From positions 1 through 64,000 of the IMG/VR virus record IMGVR_UViG_3300031240_000002: DNA of 64,000 bases. One strand, written 5' to 3'. The stretch is from a virus. Shown here piece after piece: positions 17,806 through 26,639 of the stretch (position 1 is the first letter of the stretch; the number at the start of each line of letters is the position of its first letter). Below the pieces are notes generated by a model. It was not told the origin of the DNA and ran no database searches. It was given only the letters and a program-made list of their open reading frames with translations. The translations under genes and the position numbers were made by a program.

Positions 17806-18207
17806 CTAGGGCTTGGGTGGGTGGTCGAGCGCAGCGGCTCCGCCTGGCGGCGTGCCACGCCTCACGAATGCAGCGTCGACCTGCTTCTTTGCCCCGCTGT
17901 AGGGAATCGGCAGGGCCTCGAGGACGGCGTGGATGCCCTGCGCCCCGATGGTGGCCAGGACCGCGCCGACGAGCATCTGTTCGACGAAGGCGCCCAGCGG
18001 CTTCCCGATAGCCGGCCCGGCGCTGATGAGCGCCCCGAGGACGGTGAGCCAGATCTGCGATAGCGCCGGGTTCTTTGCGGTGGCCGCCGCCCACACCGAA
18101 GGCAGGAAGCGACGCCAGAGGTAGGTCACCAGCCAGAGGACGGCGCCAACGGTGATGTACCAGAGCTTCGGGTCAATCGAGAGGAGCCAGATCATGAGCG
18201 CTTGCAT
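17806..18207 (-). CDS. holin-like multi-pass membrane protein
   Basis: about three hydrophobic helices, 133 aa, downstream of tail genes. Confidence 0.55.
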   Translation of the reverse strand: MQALMIWLLSIDPKLWYITVGAVLWLVTYLWRRFLPSVWAAATAKNPALSQIWLTVLGALISAGPAIGKPLGAFVEQMLVGAVLATIGAQGIHAVLEALPIPYSGAKKQVDAAFVRRGTPPGGAAALDHPPKP

Positions 18208-18252
18208 GAGGCTCAGGGTCGCACGCGCCGCGCGCCGCGCGCAAGGAGGGGG

Positions 18253-18651
18253 TCAGGGGGCGAGATTGCCGGCAATAAGATATTCGATCGTCGCGGTCCC
18301 CACGATCTTGATCGCGGTGTACTGGTCCCCCAGGTTCTTCGCCTGGATCACGAGGAGGTCCGAGACCGGGATCTGCTGGTCGGTCCCCTTGGCCGAGGTC
18401 AACTTCACGACGACGGTGGCGCCGGTGAGCGATCGGATCGCGATCGCCCGGACCGCCGTTACCGCCCCGAGAGACGGGGTGAACGGAGATCCGTCCGAGC
18501 TGGCGATCGGGACAGCGTCCGCGAAGACGGCGTCGAAGGTCGCCTGGAAGGCCAGGCTGATCGCCCCCATGAGGGGCGTCTGGTCGACGTCGCCAACGGC
18601 CTTTGCCGCGCAGGATCCGACCGAGCCGGACATCGCCACCAGGTAGGACAT
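18253..18651 (-). CDS. putative virion protein, paralog of 53593-53997
   Basis: shares SS.GSPF...AIR.L.G.T..V..T..KG....PVSDL...N.GD...I.YL.AG with 53593-53997. Confidence 0.7.
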   Translation of the reverse strand: MSYLVAMSGSVGSCAAKAVGDVDQTPLMGAISLAFQATFDAVFADAVPIASSDGSPFTPSLGAVTAVRAIAIRSLTGATVVVKLTSAKGTDQQIPVSDLLVIQAKNLGDQYTAIKIVGTATIEYLIAGNLAP

Positions 18652-18692
18652 GGCGCCATCGTAGGCGGCGCCGGGCCGCGCCGTCTACCCGC

Positions 18693-20915
18693 CTAGGGGT
18701 TCTTCCGCTCGTGCGCGCCCATGTCCCAGGACCCGTTCTGCGGCCGGACGACGCGGTAGAAGTCCTCATAGACGTGGGTGTTCGTCCCGACGTCCTGCGC
18801 CGCCGATCCTGACTGGATCTCGAACCCCGCCGGCGTATAGGAAAGCGTGCTGTCGGCTGGCGGCGAGACGAACAGCGGGTTCCCTACGACCCCGTGTGTC
18901 CCGACGCCAGGCGAGGCCAGCGTCGCGTTCGGCGTGTAGATGTCGTTGTAGTCGATGGTCTCGGTGCCGGCGCCGTCGACCTGGACCATTTTGCTCGTGG
19001 TCGAGGTCGCGTTCGTCTGGAAGACGTTGTTCTCGAACAAAGCGAAGCCGGTCGTGATGACGTGCGAGCCGAAAAAGATGTCCCCCGAGTTGGTGACGCC
19101 GCTCGGCACCTTCTGGAATGCGGTGTTGTTCTCCACGAAGACCTGATCGGGCCAGTTGGCCGGCATCAGCGGGTAGTTGTTGCCAACCACGATCGCGACG
19201 TCGGCGTTCAGGAGGACGTTGTTCCTGATCTCCATATTGCTCGCGTCAGCGGCGAGCCCCTGGTAGCTGACGGCGGTCGCGACCTTCTGAGAAGCGTTGT
19301 CCTCCCAGAGCACGGCGTTCGGCTTCTCGTTGCTGGCGGCGTTCGTCGGCCCGATACCGTAGTCGTGGTCAACGGTATTGCCGACGACCACGACATGCTG
19401 GACGTCGCCGTGGATGGTGAACGAGGTAAAGCTGTTCGAGCTCGGCCCGGCGTCCAACGTGTTCTCCGCGATGTAGTAGTTCGAGTTGGCGGTGCCGGTC
19501 CCGTCCGTGGTCGCGCTGAACCGCATTCCGTGAAGCGAGGTCGCGCCCCCGTCGAAGTTGAGAAGCGTGTTGCCGAGAGCCGTGGCCCCGCTCGCCCCGC
19601 CAAAATAGATGCCGTAGGCGTGGAAGTCGTGCAGGTAGTTGTCGACGGCAAACGAAGCCGCGCCACCCGTCACCTGGAAGCTGATGTCGCCGGTGTCGCC
19701 AGTCGCCCCGATGCCCTCGATCTCGCAATACTCGACGAGGTCGTTGGTGGTCGAGTTGAAGGAGATGAATTGGCTCAAGTGGTTGGTGGCCTTGAGGTGG
19801 ACGTGCTGGATCGTCAGGCCGTTGGCGTAGAAGTTGAACAGGCCGTGCCCGCTCCCGAGCGAGTCGGTGATGATGGGGTCGAGCGCCGAGACGTGGCCGG
19901 GGTCGGTGTAGGCGCCGATCAGGAACGGCCCGGCCGTCGTGTAGTTGTCGTCGTCTACGCCGGTACTGACGAAGGTGTCACCGCGCCTCAAGAGGACGGT
20001 GTTGTTCGTCGCGTAGCCGGAGGTGATGGCGTGCGCGAACGTAGCCCAAGCTGAACCCATGCTGGTACCCGGGTTGCCGTCGCTCCCGCTGCTCGAGACG
20101 TAGTAGGTAGTCCCGCTCATCGCCGAGACGGTGATCGTCTTGGTGGCGCTCCCAGCCGCGCCGGCCAGGTCGTGGACGCGCGCGACGACGACGTAGGTCC
20201 CTGGGTTGTCGAAGACGTGGCCCACGACGTGGCCGATCGTCCCCTTGTGGGTGCTCGCTGTGTCGTTGAAATCCCACGCCCAATTCGCGCGCCAGTAGTT
20301 CGAGCCCGAGAGCCCGGAGGTCGATGTCACGTCGAAATTGACAGCGCACGGTGCCGTGCAGCTCGTTCGCGAGGCTGTGATCGTCGGCGTGATGGTTCCT
20401 CCCGTACAGGAGCTGACGTTGAACTGGCACGTCGAGGAGCAAGCCAGCGAGCCACCGGAGTAGCCGAGGAGCGCGCAGGTCGCGTTGTCCAGGGCGGAGC
20501 CGTCGCAGAGCTCGCCCGGCTGGATGACGCCGTCACCGCAGCCCACCACGCCGCCAGTGCCGCCCGTTGCGGATCCCCCCGTGCCCGTCCCGCCCGTCCC
20601 GGTGCCACCCGTCCCTGAGCCGCCGGTAGCCGCCCCCCCAGTGCCACTGCCTCCAGTCCCCGATCCACCTGTCCCGGAACCGGCGGCCCCGCCGGCGCCG
20701 GCCGCTCCTCCGGTCCCGGTGCAGGGCGGCCCGACACGAGGCGAGCTCACATGGATCGGGCCGGCACCGGCCGCGCCCGTCACGCAGCGAATCGGGGAGA
20801 CGCGCGGCGAGCTGACGTGGATCACAATCGCGCTCGTGCCCGCGCTCCACCCGATCAGGGCCAGGATCAGGGCCGCCAGGGCGACCCACACCCGCTTTCT
20901 TCGGGGTGTCTCCAC
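18693..20915 (-). CDS. secreted myxobacterial-type protein: signal/TM, GTGG linker, Cys-rich repeat, PKD domain, beta-helix, C-terminal DMGAHE motif
   Basis: CGDGVIQPGELCDG...C; WAWDFND...HVFDNPGTY; YYVSSSGSDGNPGTS...LLRRGDTF; RPQNGSWDMGAHE. Confidence 0.8.
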   Translation of the reverse strand: METPRRKRVWVALAALILALIGWSAGTSAIVIHVSSPRVSPIRCVTGAAGAGPIHVSSPRVGPPCTGTGGAAGAGGAAGSGTGGSGTGGSGTGGAATGGSGTGGTGTGGTGTGGSATGGTGGVVGCGDGVIQPGELCDGSALDNATCALLGYSGGSLACSSTCQFNVSSCTGGTITPTITASRTSCTAPCAVNFDVTSTSGLSGSNYWRANWAWDFNDTASTHKGTIGHVVGHVFDNPGTYVVVARVHDLAGAAGSATKTITVSAMSGTTYYVSSSGSDGNPGTSMGSAWATFAHAITSGYATNNTVLLRRGDTFVSTGVDDDNYTTAGPFLIGAYTDPGHVSALDPIITDSLGSGHGLFNFYANGLTIQHVHLKATNHLSQFISFNSTTNDLVEYCEIEGIGATGDTGDISFQVTGGAASFAVDNYLHDFHAYGIYFGGASGATALGNTLLNFDGGATSLHGMRFSATTDGTGTANSNYYIAENTLDAGPSSNSFTSFTIHGDVQHVVVVGNTVDHDYGIGPTNAASNEKPNAVLWEDNASQKVATAVSYQGLAADASNMEIRNNVLLNADVAIVVGNNYPLMPANWPDQVFVENNTAFQKVPSGVTNSGDIFFGSHVITTGFALFENNVFQTNATSTTSKMVQVDGAGTETIDYNDIYTPNATLASPGVGTHGVVGNPLFVSPPADSTLSYTPAGFEIQSGSAAQDVGTNTHVYEDFYRVVRPQNGSWDMGAHERKNP

Positions 20916-20922
20916 GGCGCCC

Positions 20923-21375
20923 TTACTGCGCCAGGGGTCGGTCGTACACCGGCCCCACGTTCAGTTCGGGCGTGCTCGGTCCGGTTCCCCCATTCACCAC
21001 CTCAAGCCGGCTGTTTGGCCCCTGGACGAGGTAGTCGTAGAAGGCGTCGGTGTTGGCAGGGACCGCATCTCCGGCGCCCGTTCCGTTCATCGTTCGCCAG
21101 GTAACAGAGCCGAGCCGCTGGATCTGATAGAGCAGCGTCACCGCTTGGTCGAACCGGCAGCTGACCGCCAGCCGCTCCGGCGGCGGAACCACGGGCGTCA
21201 CCGTCGTGTCGAAGACGATCGTCGTGGCGCTGGCCGTCGAAGGGATGGCGTTGAGCGGCACCCGCCAGACCGGGCCGCCGAACGACGATCCGACCTTGTG
21301 AGCGGGCGGGGGCGCGGCCGTGGGGTCGCACCCCAGGACCCCGAGGATCAGCGCGAAGAGGATGGCCGGCTTCAT
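20923..21375 (-). CDS. putative lipoprotein
   Basis: MKPAILFALILGVLGC lipobox. Confidence 0.7.
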   Translation of the reverse strand: MKPAILFALILGVLGCDPTAAPPPAHKVGSSFGGPVWRVPLNAIPSTASATTIVFDTTVTPVVPPPERLAVSCRFDQAVTLLYQIQRLGSVTWRTMNGTGAGDAVPANTDAFYDYLVQGPNSRLEVVNGGTGPSTPELNVGPVYDRPLAQ

Positions 21376-21408
21376 TCCGCCATCGTAGGAGGAAGCCGGT
21401 GGATCCGT

Positions 21409-21897
21409 CTACCCGGCGGCCGGATCGGCGATGACCGGCACGGGCGGAACGGCGGCGGCGATCTCTTCCGGCGTCCACAGCGCGCGCGGTAACCTGTAGC
21501 CGGTCCCACCAGAGGTGCAGATGGTGTCGGTATTGGTGTCGCGCAGAGCGATGAGGCGGTCGGCAAGTTCGCCGAGCACGTCACCGGCGGGGCCCTGGAG
21601 CTCGCCGTCGAGCTTCTTGATCACGTAGGTGATGGTCCCGCCGTGGAGCTCGACGCGGACGTTCTGCTCGTCGCTCGCCCAGTCGGAGATCTTGATCTTC
21701 GCCTGGGGGTTGGGATCATCCTCGGTCGGCATCGCGTCGAGTTGCCGCTTGAGCGGCCGCAGGCCGAATTCGTCCCAGACGTCCCGGCGGCTGTGCCGCT
21801 CCTCCTGGTTCGCGTGCTTGAGGGGGTTCAGGTACGTGGTGAGGACCAGCTGCTCGTGCTTGCTGATCGCGAAGGGCTTCATCGGGGACTTGGCCAT
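21409..21897 (-). CDS. hypothetical protein (possible tail fibre chaperone)
   Basis: follows the long fibre gene; start MAKSPMKP chosen. Confidence 0.6.
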   Translation of the reverse strand: MAKSPMKPFAISKHEQLVLTTYLNPLKHANQEERHSRRDVWDEFGLRPLKRQLDAMPTEDDPNPQAKIKISDWASDEQNVRVELHGGTITYVIKKLDGELQGPAGDVLGELADRLIALRDTNTDTICTSGGTGYRLPRALWTPEEIAAAVPPVPVIADPAAG

Positions 21898-21940
21898 GAC
21901 CGGCATCTTGCCACCGCCACCCCATCTCCGGTCAACCAAA

Positions 21941-24900
21941 TCAGGCCAGTAGCCCAAAGGCGCGCAACGCTGCATAGGCGCGATTGAGCATGCCCTGCTC
22001 CGTAGCCGTGTAGACCACGCCAGCAGACGCGGATCCGCCTGCCTGCTGACCGACCGGGCTCGCGCCGAAGAACCCGACCTGGAACAGGTTGCCATCCGCG
22101 AACAGGGGCGTCCCGCCGCTCCCCTGCGCGATCAGAAGCGCCCCACGGACATCGCCTCCCACCTCAAGATCGCCACCGAAGTGAACCTGCCCCCCGGCCG
22201 CATAGACTGCGTACTCGCCACCACCCATGACGGCCGTGGCGGGCGCACCGTCGATATAGAGACTGGTGACAACGCTCGCGCTGTCCCCAAGGGACCCGCC
22301 CGTGTACGTCAACGAACGGATGCGCGCCGTCGAATAGATCGCCGGCGTTCTGGGCAGCTTGCCGTTGATGCTGGTGTCCGCCGGGATGATGTCAAACAGT
22401 GTGCTATCGCCGGTTCCGGTCGGCCCGAGAGTTCCGCCGCCGAGGTTGAACTGCACGCGATCCCTATCCGGAGCGGTGGTGATCCCGACGACAAGGCTCG
22501 TGTTGGTGAAGACCGTCGCGCCGTTGATGCCGATGGCGTTGCCGCCGGCCATGACGTGAGCCACCTGGTTGAAGGTGAACGTAGAATCACCCGTCGGGTT
22601 GGCGGATGTCCCCGCGCTCGTGAGGACCTGCCCGGAGAGGGGCCAGGTGATGACGCCCTGATAGGTCGCCGCGTTCACCGAGACCACGCGGCCCTGGGCG
22701 TCGAGGACGATCCCAGAAATGCCGGCGCCGCCCTGCAGGCCCGCGCCGGGGCCGACGTTCGGAAGACCGACGTTCGTGCGGGCGTGGGCGACGTCGTCGG
22801 CCGCTACGACCGTCCCGTCGAAGTTGAGGATCGCCCGCTGGGTCAGCGCCGAGCCGGCCTCTTCGACGGTCTGGTAGAACGCGCTAGTCAGATAGGCGAC
22901 GTTGCTGCCGCCGGTGACGAGCCCATCGCCGGTGATCGTCACGTTGTTGAAGGTGCCCGGCGAGGCCCCCGTTCCGATCAGATAGGTCGCGGTGCCGACT
23001 GCTGTCACACGCCCCTTCGCGTCGAGGGTGACTCCGCTGACACCCGCGCCGCCGTGCAGCCCAGCGCCAGCACCGGCGTTGGCCAGCGTGATGTCGGTCC
23101 GGGTGGCGCCTCCATTGTCGACGACGCCGAAGTCGACCGAGAAGCTGGCAATCGCGCGCGCCGTAACCGGGGTGCCATTCGCCTCGAGCGTCGTGTAGCC
23201 ACCGGCGCCGAAGCTGCCGGTCGTAGCGCCGGTGACGCGGCCCTGCGCGTCGAGAGTGATGCTCGCGATCCCCGCCCCGCCGATCGTCCCCGCCCCGGGC
23301 CCGGTCGCGGGCAGGCCCACATTGGTCCGCGCCGGCGATGCGCTGTCGGTCGCGACGACGGTCCCGTCGAAGTTCAAGATGGATCGCTGGGCGAGCGGCG
23401 TGCCAGCCTCCTCGACGGTCTGATAGAAAGCCCCGGTCAGAGCAGCATCGAAATTGGTCCACGCCCCACCGTTCTGGCTGTACTGAAGGTGTCCGCCCGC
23501 CGACCGGATGCCTGCCGTTCCAGATGCCGAAACTGCCGCGGTCGAGTTTCCCCAAAGCGTTGAGCCATCCCCGGGGAGGTACATCGCCCTAAACTGCGCG
23601 CCCCCGTTCCAGCCGACGAAGATGATCGGTCGCCCCGTTGGGCTACTCCCGTAGTTCTGGAAGTTGTCGAGCACGAGTGCATTCGTGCTGCCCAGCGCAC
23701 CGCTGTAAGCCTCAGACGTGTAGTAGATTCCGGCTGCGGTACCGGTGAATACGTTCGACGCGGGGGAGAAAAAAGCCATTCCTGTGTCGGTCGTGTTCCT
23801 CCCGCTGTCGACGTTCACGAACGACAGGGTGCCAGGCCAGGTCGAGCTGCCGCCGATCTGTGTGTTGTAGGTCCCTGCCGTGATGCCACCGGCGGTTCCC
23901 GTGAACGGACCCGCGTAGAAGGTCTGCACGCTGCCGGCAGAGACGGTCGAGAGCTTGCTGTTATTGGCAACGACCCCGCCGGACATGCCGACGACGTTCA
24001 TCGACTGGACGGCGGCTGGAGTCTTCGGGAAGGAGATCCTACCGTTGCTGAACGCATACATAGAGACTTCGTTGTTCGCCACCGGGTCAGAACTGAGGCC
24101 AGTCGGATTGGCGGCGATGTACCAGGCGCTCCCGGCGTGTCCCGTGCTGGGTGTGTTATCGACGTAAAACCCGGTGGCGGCCGTGTTCAGGTAGCTGGTC
24201 CCGTCGAAGGCGAGCGCGTCATCACGAAGGAGATAATCCGACAATGCGACGCTCGTCGGACTCGCAAAGGTTCCTCTAGCCTTGATGCTGACGCGCCTCG
24301 CTGGCGTGCTCGACGTCGAGTAGGACGCGACGGCCAGCCCGCGGTCAGAGGCGCCAGCCTCGTCGACGAGGTGGACCTGATAGAGCGGGAGGCCGGAGGA
24401 GACCCGCGACCCGAAGCGAACGTTGGTCGGGTCATAGCCCAGCGCATTCACCGCCTCCGCCAGGACACCACTACCGTTGAGGAACGGCACCGTGTTGGCG
24501 ATCCCCGTTACCGACGATCCCGGGATCGCGAGTACGCCGAGAGCTCCCCCGGAGACGTGTAACGTGCCGTCGAACGACAGCCCCAGGTCGGTGCGCGCCG
24601 CCCCGCTGTTGTCCACTGCCGTCAGCGGTGCCACAGCGTTCAGCGTTGGCCTCTGAGTCAATGGCACGCCCGCAGCGTCGACCGTTTGATAGAAGACCGT
24701 GGTCGTCGCTGTGGCGGAATGCACAGTCCCGTCATCATCGATCGCCGTCAGGAACTGTCCGCCAACGGCCGCGAACGTTTTCACCCCGTGCGTGATCGCC
24801 CCGGCGTTGTTCTTGAAGGCGATGTTCTTCGAGGCGGCATCCGCATAGAGGGCACCGAACCCGAGCGCGGGCAACGCGGGAGCGACGCTGTCGGCGAACA

Positions 24901-26593
24901 GGACGGAGCCCGCCGCCGTCGTCTGATCCGGAATGTTGGTCAGGATGAAGGTCGCCGCGCCGGGTCCAGTCGCCGTCCCGTCCCCGACCAGCGAGGTGAT
25001 ACCGCCGCTGGTGAACGTCCCGGTCGAGGCGCCCGTAACTCGACCTTGCGCATCTAAGGTGATGCTGGTGATTCCGAAACCGCCGATCGTCCCCGCTCCG
25101 GGACCGACAGCCGGAAGACCGACGTTGGTGCGGGCGGGGCTGGCGCTGTCACTGGCTACGACCGTCCCGTCGAAGTTGAGGATCGTGCGCTGGGTCAGCG
25201 CCGAGCCGGCCTCTTCGACGGTCTGATAAAAGATCGTCGGCGCTCCGGTCAGCGAGGAGTATGGGACCGCGCTCCACGCCAGCGCACCGCCGGTGCGCCC
25301 GAGGAACTGCCCGTCCGCGCCCGCGACGATGTCCTGAGCGTTCGCCGTGCTGCCAGTCGGATTACCGACGACAGAGAGCGCCACGCTCTGCCGGAAGAGA
25401 GCAGTGGTGATCCCGTTCGCGGCGATCGAGACGTCGGTCCGGGTCGCCCCGGAATTGTCGACGGGCGTCAGCGGTCCCACGAAGTTGAGGATCGTGCGCT
25501 GGGTGAGCGGGGTGCCGGCGGCGTCGATCGTGGCATAGGCCGATGCCGCGGAGGTTCCGAACGGTTGGTAGGCGCCCCCGTTCTCGGAGAACTCGGCGTG
25601 CCCTGTGCTCTCGTTGTAGCGGAATCGCGCAGTGCCGGAAGCGCTGATCGGCGAGGTGCTCGCCGCGCCGAGGGCCAGCACCGGGTGCGTCGCCGGCGGC
25701 GTCCCGATCCCCACCCCTAGGTCTGCCTGTAGCCCACCCGTCGACTTGAAGATCCCGAGGATCGTCGCCCCGTTCAGGAGCTGGAGATCGTCCGCCACGT
25801 TCATGGCGTCGAGCGTGGCGCCACCAGTTCGGTCGAGGCGAAGCGCTGGCGCGGCGCCCTTCGCGTGGAGGCTCTGCAGGGGGGCGGCGATCCCGATTCC
25901 GACGCGGCCGGTGGCGCGGTCGACCACCACCGGGCCGCCCGCCGCCGTATTGATCCGGAGCGCGCTTGCGCCGGTGAAGTTGCTCTGGCTGCCGTCGACG
26001 ATGATCCCGCCGCCGAGCGAGTCGTGGAGGACCATCGTCTGGTCACTGCTGTCCGCCCCGTGGCTGTAGGCTCCCGCCAGGGTCGTGAAGCCTCCCGCGC
26101 CGCCGGTGACGGTCTCCCGCAGGAGTTCAAGCCAGCGGTTCAGTTCGGTGGCCCAGCCTTGCAGGATCGTCGGGACGCTGGTGTCCTCCAGCGTCTCGAA
26201 CCCGCCGAGCTTTCGCAGGGTGCGGACGGTGGAGCCGGGGCCGGGGATGGTCAGGCCGCTCAAGCGGCAGAGGATCGCGGTGATGCGGATCTGGCCCGGG
26301 GTCCCAGGGTTGAGCGTCGCCTGGACGTCGTAGGTCCCGTCGAGCCGGAAGTCCCCCGAGTCGCTGTCGACGTTGAAGGCCGTCGAGTTGGCGGTCGCCA
26401 GCAGGATCGGCTCGGGCCCGGCGCCGCCCGCCGCGCTACCCTCAGGACGCCCGATCAGCTCCCACTTGACCGAGGTGATCCCGACGTAGTTCGAGAGCGA
26501 CAGCCCGACGAGATCGCCCGCGACCAGGTCGTCTCGGTATCCGCTTACCGACCCGCTTCCATTGCGGGTCGACAGAATCGTCGGCTGGGGCAC
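21941..26593 (-). CDS. long tail fibre protein (1550 aa)
   Basis: Gly/Thr/Ala-rich, repeated TLDAQGRVT fibre motifs, position after the baseplate genes. Confidence 0.85.
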   Translation of the reverse strand: MPQPTILSTRNGSGSVSGYRDDLVAGDLVGLSLSNYVGITSVKWELIGRPEGSAAGGAGPEPILLATANSTAFNVDSDSGDFRLDGTYDVQATLNPGTPGQIRITAILCRLSGLTIPGPGSTVRTLRKLGGFETLEDTSVPTILQGWATELNRWLELLRETVTGGAGGFTTLAGAYSHGADSSDQTMVLHDSLGGGIIVDGSQSNFTGASALRINTAAGGPVVVDRATGRVGIGIAAPLQSLHAKGAAPALRLDRTGGATLDAMNVADDLQLLNGATILGIFKSTGGLQADLGVGIGTPPATHPVLALGAASTSPISASGTARFRYNESTGHAEFSENGGAYQPFGTSAASAYATIDAAGTPLTQRTILNFVGPLTPVDNSGATRTDVSIAANGITTALFRQSVALSVVGNPTGSTANAQDIVAGADGQFLGRTGGALAWSAVPYSSLTGAPTIFYQTVEEAGSALTQRTILNFDGTVVASDSASPARTNVGLPAVGPGAGTIGGFGITSITLDAQGRVTGASTGTFTSGGITSLVGDGTATGPGAATFILTNIPDQTTAAGSVLFADSVAPALPALGFGALYADAASKNIAFKNNAGAITHGVKTFAAVGGQFLTAIDDDGTVHSATATTTVFYQTVDAAGVPLTQRPTLNAVAPLTAVDNSGAARTDLGLSFDGTLHVSGGALGVLAIPGSSVTGIANTVPFLNGSGVLAEAVNALGYDPTNVRFGSRVSSGLPLYQVHLVDEAGASDRGLAVASYSTSSTPARRVSIKARGTFASPTSVALSDYLLRDDALAFDGTSYLNTAATGFYVDNTPSTGHAGSAWYIAANPTGLSSDPVANNEVSMYAFSNGRISFPKTPAAVQSMNVVGMSGGVVANNSKLSTVSAGSVQTFYAGPFTGTAGGITAGTYNTQIGGSSTWPGTLSFVNVDSGRNTTDTGMAFFSPASNVFTGTAAGIYYTSEAYSGALGSTNALVLDNFQNYGSSPTGRPIIFVGWNGGAQFRAMYLPGDGSTLWGNSTAAVSASGTAGIRSAGGHLQYSQNGGAWTNFDAALTGAFYQTVEEAGTPLAQRSILNFDGTVVATDSASPARTNVGLPATGPGAGTIGGAGIASITLDAQGRVTGATTGSFGAGGYTTLEANGTPVTARAIASFSVDFGVVDNGGATRTDITLANAGAGAGLHGGAGVSGVTLDAKGRVTAVGTATYLIGTGASPGTFNNVTITGDGLVTGGSNVAYLTSAFYQTVEEAGSALTQRAILNFDGTVVAADDVAHARTNVGLPNVGPGAGLQGGAGISGIVLDAQGRVVSVNAATYQGVITWPLSGQVLTSAGTSANPTGDSTFTFNQVAHVMAGGNAIGINGATVFTNTSLVVGITTAPDRDRVQFNLGGGTLGPTGTGDSTLFDIIPADTSINGKLPRTPAIYSTARIRSLTYTGGSLGDSASVVTSLYIDGAPATAVMGGGEYAVYAAGGQVHFGGDLEVGGDVRGALLIAQGSGGTPLFADGNLFQVGFFGASPVGQQAGGSASAGVVYTATEQGMLNRAYAALRAFGLLA
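22660..25545 (-). repeat. six dispersed ~40-70 aa repeats in the fibre, alternating between two types
   Basis: Y.T....G..LTQR.ILNF units near 25540, 25231, 24694, 23428, 23200, 22879. Confidence 0.85.
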
Positions 26594-26639
26594 GCGCCCA
26601 TGATAGAGGGGCGGACCGTGGGTGGACTAGAGGGCGGGC

